Below, one piece after another: positions 1 to 12,270 of a stretch of 64,000 nucleotides of DNA. A program made the translations under genes and the position numbers. The first letter of the stretch is position 1; the number at the start of each line of letters is the position of its first letter. Source of the DNA: Ptychomitrium polyphyllum (Eukaryota). The stretch covers positions 4,836,001-4,900,000 of the forward strand of contig OZ316776.1 in assembly GCA_973851085.1 (NCBI GenBank), read 5' to 3'. The notes under the pieces were generated by a model. The model did no database searches. It had not been told where the DNA came from and saw only the letters and a list, made by a program, of their open reading frames with translations.

Positions 1-2684
1 CAAAAGTTTGAATGTGTCGGGGTTCAGTCAGTTACAGAGGGCTTATTGGGCCTGCCAAATTCCACAGAGAGTACTACAGGGGAAGGCTGGTCCCCCTCTC
101 CATTCCCCTAATGTCCCGGTAGGAACCAAGGGTGAGTCCCGGTTGGTGGAGCTAGTGTTGGGGCTTCACCACTGGGACTCCCACACCATTGTAAGCCGGT
201 GAATGACCGGTTTCACGAAGGGAACTATTGAGGTAAAAATGACAGGCTTGTTACGACTAAGTTGGGGTGGTGTCTTCACGCCGGCACCATAATGGGCCGA
301 GGTGATCTTAGGATCACATGGAGATTTTAAGTGGTGGTAAGGAGACACCACTAAGTGCGATTAGGCCGTGTGGAATGGAAGTAATACTAAGTGAGGCCTT
401 GGACATGAATGGAAGTCCGCACCTAACCATTAGCTACCAATCAATTGGGTGTCTTAAGAGAAATGGTAGAGGGACTTGGAGAGTGAAAATGGAGGTTAAC
501 CATGTGCATATGGAGGTGTACAAGGTTGACGCGCATGACGTTTATTAAGGTGCATTACAAGGGTTGCGAGAACAATAAGGCTTATGAAGAAAAATTATTT
601 ATTGGATTATAGATAAAAGAAACAATTTGGAAACCTTATCAAAGACTATGAAAAACCTTTTATATTGTAATGTTTTCAAAATGGAATATCTATTGAAGAA
701 CCTTATTTTAATTAGGATGTGGTAGAAACTTATTAATGAAGTAAACTTGATGAAAGAATATATAATCATCATTGGACTTTAAGTACTTTATATATTTTAG
801 CTTGCATAAAAATAATATATTATTTTGTCCATAAAATAAATAAAGGTTAAAAATATAGACCTAAGAAAGTTTTGATACAAGCTTAAATCTTCCAATAGTA
901 TCTATTTCAATTAGATAAAATTTACTTCAATTTTTGTATATTTAAAAAAAATTCAATATTAAAAAAATAGGTTACTTTAATTATTTTAAAAAAAAAAAGG
1001 AATTGTAGCAACAAATTTTAAGCCTTTAAACATGATACATACTTGAAGTATAATGATATTATTTTCTTCAATTTTTTTTTTTTTATAAGTTAGAATTTTA
1101 TTTATCAAAATTACAACAATTGTCTATTTTTTGATATTTTGAATATTTTTTTGAAGCTCCTATTTGAAGCTAATAGATTGAAAGGTCAAGATTGGTTTTC
1201 ATTCATACACATACCCACACCTTTAAGATCACTTTAAAAATATCTACAACATGTGTTTCTATCATTCATATTTAATTATTATTTTGATCCTATTTGATTA
1301 CTACAATTCAATATTATAACTTAATTTATGTTTTAAATTCATAGTAAAACAAAGAAAATTTCCAATTAAAGTTCACAAGTTAATTTGAGTGAATATATGG
1401 ATGAAGATATGAATGAGAACAAAGTAGATTCAATTTTCAAGCAAAATATTAATATATTAGTTTAAAGGGATGTGAAAATAAAAGATAAGATATATTACAA
1501 TCTTTGAAAAGAAGTTATACTTCTTGTAATAATTATTGTAGTCCAAAATTTAACAAAAGAATTACTTTTCACTAAAGATAAATTTGTAAATTTTCAAAGC
1601 CTTCATAAAATTTTGGAAAAGTTTAAATTGATAAGAAGCTTTTATATTCCACATTGATTTTGTTGCAAGGTATTACATGAATTTATCCAAAATTATAAAA
1701 AACTATCAATGAATCATATCACCAATCAAGTTTGTGTTATACATGTCCTTCAAAACCCCTTGAAATCACCTTTCAAACATAACTCAATTTTTAAATTTTG
1801 TCTCTCTCATTTCACACAAGGTGAGCTTTATTTCGGTGCCAGAAGTAGGAACAATAGGCAAGCCCCGTGAGGGTCTGGAATGGAGGTTTTAATCTTTTTG
1901 TGAAGAGCTAAACAAGTAAACCTGGAACATAACATTGCATCCACCAGTGCTTAACGTCTGTGCTCCTATTGCTGAGAACTAGGAACGGAGCCCCAGAATC
2001 TACCAAATTCTCATGCACCATGTGAAACTCCCCACCAGTCACGTTCACAGTTTTCAGTGTGATTCAGGTACATATGGAAAACCGTCCATTTTTGTAGAGT
2101 CACTAAAGTCGGTACACTACCCTGGAAGCCCAAACAGGATCAGTCCCGATCCTCAAAGCTCCACTATAGCAAACCACGTTCCCGACACCTACATCCATCC
2201 ACACCCCACACCTCATCCATATATCCACTCATCCATCCGCCATATAGAATCCCATCACGCACCGGCGGCATGCATCCCCACTGAAAACCCGCCACATGGC
2301 GACGCCGTGCCGGCATTGGACGCGAGCGCTGACCGTCGGGACAGAACCATGAAAGCCACCTCCCGTCAACGTCGACGAACGAAAGCTGAACGATCATCGC
2401 GCCAGAGGACGAACGAGAACACGATGAAGGTGCAGTTGCAGACATGGCCAAGTCCGAGGCAGAGCAGGGGGGCAGAGGGAAGGGAAGACGAGGATTGCGA
2501 GCGAGCGGAGCGAATCGTCGCGACGCAGAAGAAGTTCGAGAAGGCAGCCGCGTGTGGCGATCCACGGTTGCATTGTGGGAGAGCGTGGAAAAATTTGAGT
2601 CTTGGAGGGGGGAGGGGGGGAGAGGAGGGGAGAGGGAGAGCGAGAGAAAGGCGGGGGCAGGATGCGAGGAGGGGCGAGGTGGGG

Positions 2685-5600
2685 ATGTCGTCGCAGCAGG
2701 AGAGCGATGCGGAGAGATGGTGGGGATGTCGCCCCAAAGTGGTAGGTGATGGTGATGGTGGAGGCGGAGGTGGCTCAGGCGCGACCATCAGTGGAGCGGC
2801 GGTGATGGTGATGATGGTGGAGAATCGTCGCGGGTTGTCGGTGGTGGTGGTGGTGATGTTCATGATGCTGTGCGCCTCGGGCGTGCCGTCAATGCTCGTG
2901 GCACCTGCCGTCGCGCCCGCTGCAGCTGCGCCCGTCACCGCCCTCGAGGCTGGCGATCTCCGGGATGAGGTGGGTTGGGGGTTTGGATGGAGATGGAGAT
3001 TGAGTTCAGTTTGTTTAGTTTTTTTTGGTGGTGACCTTTGTGATGCGTTTATGGCCTGCATTTATTGTTTTGGTTCATGAGTCGAGCAGTTGTGATTTGG
3101 TTTTTCTATTTTTCCTCTTTTGGGTAGCCTTGGAGGGTTTATGGTCCACAGCCCCCTGCATGGATTTTGTGACCTAGTTGGTGGGCGAGCTTTCATGGGG
3201 CGCAAGTGTTAGAGGTTTTCTTTGTGGTTGGGCTCGCTTGTGGTTTGTCCTCAAATGATCTGCTGACCGGAATTACATTAGAAGTTCGTTGTGATGTTTC
3301 AGGGTAATTGAGCTGCGGATTGAGAGCAGATGTTGTTTTTGTGTGAGATTTTTGTGTCTGTTGCTTCAGGGACTATTGTATGCTTTTGCAATAGCCGAGA
3401 TTTTGTTTCGCTTGGAAGAACCAAGTAGCATAGGTCGTTGCAAGCGCATCTCTCTGTGAAGTTGCCTGACTTATATTGTCTTTATAGCATATGAAATTTG
3501 ACAATTTATTTTATTATTAGTACTAATATTAGCGAGAAATTGGAACTTGTCTTTGTGTATTGACTGCCAGGTTTGAATGGCTCTTTTAAGAGAATTTGTG
3601 AATGAGATTGCTGTTGTCAGCCTTGCGAGCACTCTTAGAGCATGACTGTGTTATGACTTTGTGGCTTTCGGGTTCAAGTACATTAGTGTCATTTGCAAAA
3701 CGAGAAGTTATATAACCTATTTCAAATTACTCTTTGAACCCGCAACTTCCTGTAATTATTCCTTATCACCACTCAAAGATGTGCAAGCATTAAATCTTGG
3801 GTTCGGTAGCTATCATCTGGCATTAGGTTAGAGTTAGTACGGATAGCGATTTATGAGCTAAAGTAGTATCAAATTCGAAGGCATCGTCTCTTAAAAGCTT
3901 GCAACTCTTGTGAATTGTGACACTTGTACTTGGCTCAATGATTTTGTGGATATTAATCTTTCCAGAGTGTTCCTCTGTGTCCCGATCTGCAATTTAATTG
4001 AATCTTTTGGAAAGCACGTCTTCTGAAAGATACAAACATTTCAACTATGTTTTGATTGCAACCATGTTTGGTTTAGTTTCTTTTTTTTTCTTTTTAATTG
4101 TTATACATTATTAAAATCTACTCCGTCAAGTACATGGTTATTACGAAGGGTATTCATCTTCTTTGAGTGCCTCTGAGGATTGAAGTTCGCAGCCTGGAAA
4201 GTGGTTATACAGCCGAGATTCTCAAGCTTTTTCCTTGAATAGTAGCTCTTTATGTCTAATTCAGTCAGTCTATTTTCTGTGTCTTATGGGGAGAGATTGC
4301 TGTATGCAGGTCAAGAACATGTTTTACCACGGATTTGATAATTACATGCAATATGCATTTCCTCTGGACGAAATAAGGCCCATGAGCTGCACTGGTGAAG
4401 ACTCTCTGGGTGGCTATACTCTGACTCTCGTAAGCTTTCTAGCTGGTCTCTTGAACCTTTTAGGAGGAAAATTTACTTCTTCAACATGATGGCACATCGA
4501 GGTTTCAAAAAAAGTTATTAGAATTGTTCTAGAATTCATCATCTACAGTAAACTTGGTGACACTTTATGTTTCTGAGAGTGAATTTTGTGCTCGTTTTGA
4601 CTGATAGGTTGATTCATTGGACATGCTTGCTCTGTTGGGTGATCGTACTCGATTTAGCAACGGAGTCAGCTGGCTTGGGAAAAACTTAAGCTTTGACAAG
4701 GTATTTGGAACTGCTAATTCTATTTTCAACTGGAATTACTTTGCTGTAGTATAATTTTGCGGCGATGTTTGTTGTTGTGTCTTTGTTTGAGTTAGACAGT
4801 TCTAATATTTTGGTCATCATTTTGCAGAATAAAACAGTGTCCGTCTTTGAGACAACCATTCGTGTGCTTGGTGGCCTTCTATCTGCTCATTTAATCGCCT
4901 CAGATCCTTCAACGGTATTTTTTGAAACTTTATCTCTTTGTCCATTTTGTATTTCTTGAACCCAGGCATGCTTTGTAGGACAGAGGAACGAAATCGCAAT
5001 TTGCGATCTGAACCGCTATGTTATGGCTGCTGGTATTACAGGGTATGCAAGTAGATCCTTACAACAATGAGTTATTACATTTGGCGGAGGATCTAGGGCG
5101 ACGAATGTTACCTGCATTTGACACACCTACAGGTACTGGTATCTTTTGTACGTGGATTCCAAATGGCATTAAATAAGTTTATTTTTATTTTTATTTATGA
5201 TAAAAAACACGCAAATCTTACTGTATCGAAATTTCTTATTTAGTCTTTCCTTCATTGGGTTGGTTTAGGTATCCCGTTTGGATCTGTTAATCTGGCGCTC
5301 GGTGTCAGCGATGATGAGAGTCAGGCAAGGCGAGCCTCTCCTAGAGCTACACTCTTTAGTCTAGGGTGTGCCTCTTAATCCCTTGCTTTTTAGCAGAAAG
5401 TTTAGAAAAGAAGATTAAATGACTACCTTCGTGATTTCAATTGTTCTGGAACCCTCTTTCCAGTATCTTGTTGTTGAATCTCCATGCTGTAGTACTAGTA
5501 ATTTGTATTATCATCGTAATCAGTGGCATTGTTTTTGTTTTAAAGAATTGGTCTTTCTCCTTTTAATTTCTTTAGAGCGTTCATGTTTTGACGTGCGTTT

Positions 5601-8600
5601 CTTACACGCTTATCAATAAAGATGAGTTGCAGACTTGTTAAAGCCATGCTGATGGCGTCGTACAACCCTCTCAATTGACAGACAGCTTGCCAAGGTGTGC
5701 AGGTGTCCTCAACAGCTGGTGGCGGGACTTTGACTCTGGAATTTGGCGTTCTCAGTCGCCTGACAGGAGACCCTGGTAACAGACGATTTATTTTTGTTTG
5801 CCGTTTTAGTGTCCCATGGAACAAATGCTGCAGCTTGTGTTAAATATGTGATTTGAAAAGGCTTATTCATTGTTAATACGAACGAATGTTTTTTGCTTTT
5901 TTATACAGTATGGAAGTACTGACATGTGATGACAAAGAGTGCACCATAAGAGGTATTAGGCATGTGTGATTGCTGAAGGCTTGACTGTGTGGGGGACAGA
6001 ATTTGAAAAGGTTTCAAAACGAGCAGTTCAAGGCTTATGGGCTTACCGGTCGCAGTTGGGACTTGTTGGAGGTCATATTAATGTATTTACAAGCGAGTGG
6101 ACACATAAGGTACATATGGATTGCTCAGTTTTTTTGGAAATGTTGCCGTGTTTCTTAGAGGAATGTGGAAACATTCTGCAGTTGTCTTTTTAGGCGTTCC
6201 GATAAGGAGTGAAGCTGAGATTACATGTGTATGCTCTGGTCTTCAGCAATAATGCCGCAAAATTTAGATTGCAATAGTACTAATACGCTAAGCTTGTAAC
6301 AGGATGCAGGCATTGGCACGAGCATTGATTCATTCTATGAATACCTCCTGAAGGTCAGTTTTTTCTATGTTGCGCATTTCTATGAACTTTGTTTTAATGT
6401 TTTGAATAATTAATTCTCCAAGGGTCTTCTCTAGATTTGACAAAGAGCTGTATACATTTTAGATCACAAGGGCGACTTAATAAGACCGATTTACGAAGTG
6501 TATATGTAAGGCATGTCCATTTCTTTGCATGTTATGATGACTACTTCAATTTTCAATATTCAGATCAGGGTTAAACTGGACATGCAGAATCAGTTTGGAA
6601 GGCATGGAGTTTTTAATGCTGTTAGGCGATCTTAGTTATCTGAGAGGTTGTCATCTGGGTAATGTACCTGCTGCTGATGAAGTAACTTTGTTTGAAGGCA
6701 TACTTGCTTCTTGGAGACGAAGAGTATTTACATATATTCAAAGAGGCTTATAAGTCTGTCATGCGTCATCTTCATAATGATCCCTGGTAAGCTAACATGT
6801 TGGACAATAATGTTATAAATCTTCGACTCGTCAAGCACAACATGTCCATCAACTTTGAGAGCTACTTGTTTGCAAAGTTTGTATTAATGCAATTCATTTG
6901 TGCTTTAACAGAATACTCTGGTTCCTAATTTTAGTTCTGAATTGTTCTGTGCTAGGTATCTGGAAGTAAACATGAACTCAGGTGTTGTTGTGTGGCCTTT
7001 GTTTAATAGCCTTCAAGCCTTCTGGCCAGGTTTACAGGTATTGGCTGCCAACAACAGTTCTAACGCTCTATGTGATGACGCAATTTCTCTCATGTCCTAA
7101 GCAATTCGTCTAACTATCTGCTCTGAAAATTGGATTAGCCACTGTGTATTTGACTTGGGATTGCAAGTTGCACATGTTTTTGTAAATTTCACAGATTCTT
7201 TTTACATGTGAACCAGGTCTTGGCAGGTGATGTTGAGCCAGCAATTCGTACGCACAAGGCCTTTTTTGCTGTTTGGAAGCGTTTTGGATTCACACCAGAG
7301 GGCTTTAATTTGGCTACATCCAGTGTTCAAGTAAGAAAAATATTCTCTAATGGAGTAGCATGGCTTTTTATTTCTAAGTATAATTTGTCAGTATGACCTT
7401 ATAGTATTCTACTTGTGTAAGTTATTCAAGTGACTGGGTTATGGATTTCCTCTGGAAGAGTGAATACAAAGGTTTGTGTCTGCTTGTGACCAGTTCGGAA
7501 TTGACGGGTAAATAACGTTCATGGTCTTGTGTGTTCTTCTATTGCTCTTGGTTCGTATTGGGGTGGTGTTGCAAATTAATTCTGAAGATAATTGCCTTCT
7601 GAATAATAGAGTTACTGTTCTGATTTTAAAGCACGAGTTGATGGGAGGATTATGTTTTGTGCAGCCAGGTCAAAAAAGTTACCCATTGCGCCCAGAACTT
7701 GTAGAGAGCACTTACATGCTGTATAAAGCCACCCGAAATCCCGTGTAAGAAAATCTTTAACACTGTAGCCTTTGTAATACTGATGTTTCTATGCCCTATT
7801 GGTTGTGCTAATTCTGCATGCTTCTCTACCAATTTGTGACTGGCTTACGATTGCGATGTTTATATGGTGGCTTTGTACATCTAGTATGCTTGAATAGCTA
7901 GTTGATATGCATGAGTTATGGGTGTAGGTACTTAGATGTTGGACGGGACATAGTGGCAAGCTTGCAAAAATCGGCAAAATGTCGCTGTGGCTACTGCCAT
8001 ATAGCAGATGTGGAATCACATGAACAAGATGATCATATGGAGAGCTTTTTCTTATCAGAAACTGTAGGTGTTTCTTACTTTTACGGCCTTTACGTTATCT
8101 ATGTATCAGATGTATTATCACTTGCGAGACTGCAATCTGGCATTTGTATCATTCTAGAGTATTGACGATTAAACTCTTCGTATTTGTGATTTCTGATAGT
8201 GTGATGTTCTTAAACTCACGTTTGCATCTATAATTGTGGTGGTTTACAGGTAAAATATCTCTGGTTGCTTTTTGATTTAGCTGCTGGTGGGAACAACTTA
8301 GTAGAGAAAGGGCCTCATCCGTGAGTATTTCGAGTTTATTTCTTTCCTGTGCATTCATGTAGTAAGGAGCTGTTTATGAAGTCCTAGATTTCATTCTTGA
8401 AGCCCTATCTTTTGTAGATAATAGTTTTTGTCCGGATGCTGGGGCGCTGCAGACAATGTTGAAAAGCAGGGAGTCGCTTGCTGTGGTTGCATTTGTGTTT
8501 TATGGTCATGAATCTTAGATTTTTAGCAAACAGTAGCTCTTCCATTGGTAGTATTTCTTGCGTTCTTTGCGATGCAGGAACAAAAACGTATCAAACGGAA

Positions 8601-9660
8601 TAGCAAGATGTGCAAATAGGACGGAAGAAGACTCAACCTCTCAGTATGCTTTAGTGTTATTGATGCTTATTCATCTGTGTTATTTTTGCAGGTATATTTT
8701 CAACACAGAAGGTCATTTTTTGCCGATGTCCCCAGAGATATCACTTCCAGCTGAGCACTGCATTGGTGTAGGCAGCTCATGCAAAGAACGTATTGCTGAT
8801 AGACTTCTATTTGCTAAACGTAAATTGAAGAAAGAGATCGAGGATAGCAGACGAAAAGAGGAGATCAGTTCTAATCAATGCAGTCTCAGCGACTTGGGTA
8901 GTCAAACTTGCTCCAACACCAAAAGCGAGGAGCGTGGAATTCGAGACAGCGACTGGACCGTTTCTACAGACAGCCATCGTAAAGTACGTGTTTATAGTTT
9001 CCACATATGTAATTTTGGCTTTAGTCCAATTCATTCAATAACTAGTCCTGAAGATTTTTTGGGACTCGCATAAATAATTCCGTTGGAGAGTTGGCTCTGG
9101 TTGTGTCAGAAATCCCGTTAGGTCTCTGCTCAATATATTTCGGTAAGAATGTTATGAACAGAGTTCTCATTTTTTTAATTACTGTCATACAGGGAATGTG
9201 TCCTGCACTAAATCATTGGAGGCAGTTCGTAGTTGACCCTGAATTACAGTTCAGAGCACCTTCCGTTGAACCTGCATGCAGAGTTGCTTCGCGGGATGAC
9301 ATGGTGCTTTCCACGAAGGATGAGGTGGAGCTTTTCAAGATTGCATTGGCATCAGAAGGCTCTATGCAAAAACGTTCCATAGAGAAGCGGTTCCAGGATG
9401 TTATTGCAGAATCTGTTGACGAAGAGGATGGCGGTGGACGTGCATCAATCCAAGTCACCAGTGATGATACTGGTGAGATGAATTCCAGAGCAAAAGAGAG
9501 TTTAGTCCATTTCATTTCAACTGTAATGAATTGGAAGAGAAGCTCAGTTAAAATGAATTGGAAGGAAAACTTAGTTAAAGTGAATTGGAGAGAAAGAGAT
9601 GCGTTGGATAGTGTCGAGGTGGAGGAAGATACACGACACCGGGCAGATGATAAGGCATGA
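2685..9660 (+). CDS. MNS4: Class I alpha-1,2-mannosidase, GH47, EDEM/MNS4-like (ERAD); 17 exons, about 765 aa if started at 2685
   Basis: Exons 2685-2969, 4310-4429, 4608-4700, 4828-4914, 5042-5132, 5269-5324, 5703-5775, 6000-6109, 6303-6353, 6698-6786, 6956-7037, 7217-7330, 7665-7744, 7928-8063, 8250-8320, 8692-8983, 9193-9660 join in frame (2298 nt). Motifs VSVFETTIRVLGGLLSAH, DAGIGTSIDSFYEYLLK, YPLRPELVESTY, DHMESFFLSETVKYLWLLFD, YIFNTEGH and GMCP match Arabidopsis MNS4 as I recall it. Start codon uncertain (2685 versus 2805/2811/2814). Confidence 0.93.
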
Positions 9661-10603
9661 CGTGTTGTCAAGCGCCGAGGTTAGTGTTGAATGTTGCAGT
9701 TGCAAGGAACTTTGAATATGGCACCTGCCTGCTCTTATCATAGCCAAAACAGGCCAGTGTGGAGAGCATTGCTTTGCTTGTATCATAGTCAGTTGCGTTG
9801 CATCCCTATTTTCCTGTCGTTATTTCTTCTCATTTAATTTATTTGCCCCTTTTAGTGGCTTCGATATCCAAGAGGGGTTCTATATACCTATCAAGCGATT
9901 AGTCGTGAGGTTGAGTAGTTAGTGGCTAAAGAGAGTTCATCTCCTCAGCATGATGGGATAGCGGGATGTTAGGCTAGCAGAGAGAAGGTACACAAAGTAA
10001 AGAACTGGAAATAAAGTACCAACTTTGAGGACTATTTCAGAGATGGTAGAGCGGGTTGTAGTGGTCACTTGAGCTGGAATACTCAAGTTATTGTGTAAAC
10101 TGCGAATTGTCGGAGGGGCTTGCTGAAATCAGCATTGAGACGCTTATTTTTTCTGAACAAAGAAAGCCAACTTCGGCTGATGATGTTCTGTACGTTTGAC
10201 TGCCTGCAAGTTAAAAATTAAAAACACTATACCTGTAGCAGGGCCATGGAACGATACTGTTTATTTTGTATGAAGGAGAATTGAGTGTCATTGAAAAGTA
10301 GATGTAAATACAGTTTTGAATCGGATTTCAATATTTCGATTTGGGCTTGTTGAGTTTCTGGCACATACTAAATGAAAATTAATTTTATTGCAAAATTTTC
10401 ATGTGCAAGAGCAGGAGTTCATACGTTTTACTCTATAGACTGAAGCACTTATGATATGTACATAACATTTTTGAGTGGCCACTTAGAACACCCTCTTTCA
10501 AAGGTTTTATTCCATTTACAATTCTATTCTTAAAATCTTCTTCCACTAATGATAGAGTGAGTTTGTGCATCAAGTCATCAAAGTGGACTCATGCTTTCAT
10601 GAC

Positions 10604-10687
10604 TTCATGTATTTATTGTCACATGCCAATACTAATATTTGTTTTCATGTATTTATTGTCACATGCCAATACTAATATTTGTTTTCA
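10604..10687. repeat. Perfect 40-bp tandem duplication
   Basis: ttcatgtatttattgtcacatgccaatactaatatttgtt occurs at 10604-10643 and 10644-10683, followed by ttca. Confidence 0.9.
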
Positions 10688-11699
10688 AAGTTAGTGTGAT
10701 TTATTTCAATTGTTGGAGAATATTATGTAGGTATCAAGTAATTCTTCTAAGGATGATATCAATTTTTTCTAACAAATGTTAAGAAACATCCAATTATTCA
10801 AAAGGGTGAATGGTTAAACAAAAACATTATCATACACTAATTTGCAAGAATATAGAATTCCTATATATAATTATCTAACTTAACGAACACATGATGAAAG
10901 CATTCAAATGTCCAATGTTCCACTTTAGCCTAACTTTGAACATTTTCCATGTATCAAGTGTATAAATACAATATACTTCGTCAACAACAAAGTTCAAATT
11001 TTGATTGTTTTTTTTAAGGAAAAATTATAAAAACTATCAATACATCACCAATTCCAATACATCATTGCATACATTTTTCCTACTAAAATTGGCCTTGTAG
11101 TAATTTTCTTGTGTCTATTATAACTCTGTAGATTTATTGAACACAGAAATCCTTAAATTTTTGATGATCATGTTTTTCACACAATTTGTCATTACTCATG
11201 CCAAGATTCTCACTTCTAATATCTCCAAGTGTTGTCACCAACACATTGTTAGAACAAGCAACATTTGACAAAAAAAAGTATAACTACTATTAGTAAATTT
11301 AGTGTAAATGTTAGAATATTCTATGAAGTTATCTATTCTATTATATCAATTAATTCAAATATACCTATAGAATATTTACAAGTATAAGAATACCTTATAT
11401 TATCATGTGATTTTTCATCTTTCAAAAGTAGGCTCTTTTGTAAGAAGATCTTATAACCATATCTGTAGAATTTTGTAGAATTTTATAGAATAAAGCGAAT
11501 CTAAAGTAAGAGGATGGCAAGCTTGTGTTTTTCAATTCATGTCAAAGTATTTGACAATGAATATATAACTGATACAACTAGTTGTGGACATCTAAGCCTC
11601 ACGTAGCTAAAACATAATAGTTTCAAGGAGCCTCAAATCTTGTGAGCATTGTCTTTTTTTCATTGTAGTATAAATTGAAGTTAGACCACCTGCTCATTT

Positions 11700-12270
11700 T
11701 CAGATACTTACAGATTTAGAGGCCATGCGTTATCTTTATGGTCACTAAAGCACCGTAAGTTGGTACTCTAGCTTTAACCTTCTGGAGCCTGGGCAACCCC
11801 TATGTGGTTGTGGAACTGATTGAAACGAGAATAAGTTTGAACCAAGAGAGAGTTGGCAGTTGGAGTATAAGGTTCAGAGTTGGGGTGTTATTGTGCACCA
11901 AATGCAGCAATCTGATCATAATTATGAATATCCTAAGCTAATCATATATATGCATATAGTTTACTGTAGCAAAATAGAGCACACATACTGTGTTGAAAGA
12001 AGTTTCTCAAGCCTCTGAAAGAATTAGCAGTGAAGAACTCAAGAATGTGAGGCTCGCGGATGAGAATTGGGAACAACACAGTTTTTCAGCTTCTGTCCCA
12101 AGTCAGCTAGATGATTCATTCTAATGCAACCAAGTTCTGGATTTTTCATCTTTTGGTTGAGCATGCGTAAACTATACCTGGAGAGATTGGACATTTGTGC
12201 TCTGGAAAGATCAAAGATGATCTTGTACAGCAAACTTCTGCAAGATTTGTAGATCACTTTAGCCAATATT
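11700..12270 (+). mobile_element. Possible highly decayed Tc1/mariner-like DDE transposase remnant
   Basis: Frameshifted fragments resembling W-T-D-E-T-R-I-S-L (11811-11839), VQSWGVI (11872-11892) and PSS..DF...VEHA*TI (12130-12176) occur in the order expected for the Tc1 motifs WTDE, VWG and SPDLNPIEHxW. No terminal inverted repeats found. Confidence 0.25.

Noticed and set aside
1..550. Retrotransposon or gene fragment at the window start
   Set aside because: More GC-rich than the following island, but I could not recognise any gag, pol or host motif, and it is truncated by the window edge.
2013..3080. 355-aa ORF as a standalone protein, plus the antisense 231-aa ORF at 2366-3061
   Set aside because: Only about 2685-2969 is mannosidase exon 1. 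The rest is GC-rich promoter, UTR and intron read-through of low complexity.
3669..3742. Intronic hairpin or miRNA (cgggttcaa...ttgaacccg)
   Set aside because: The arms are only 9 bp with a poorly pairing interior, not the extended stem of a plant pre-miRNA.
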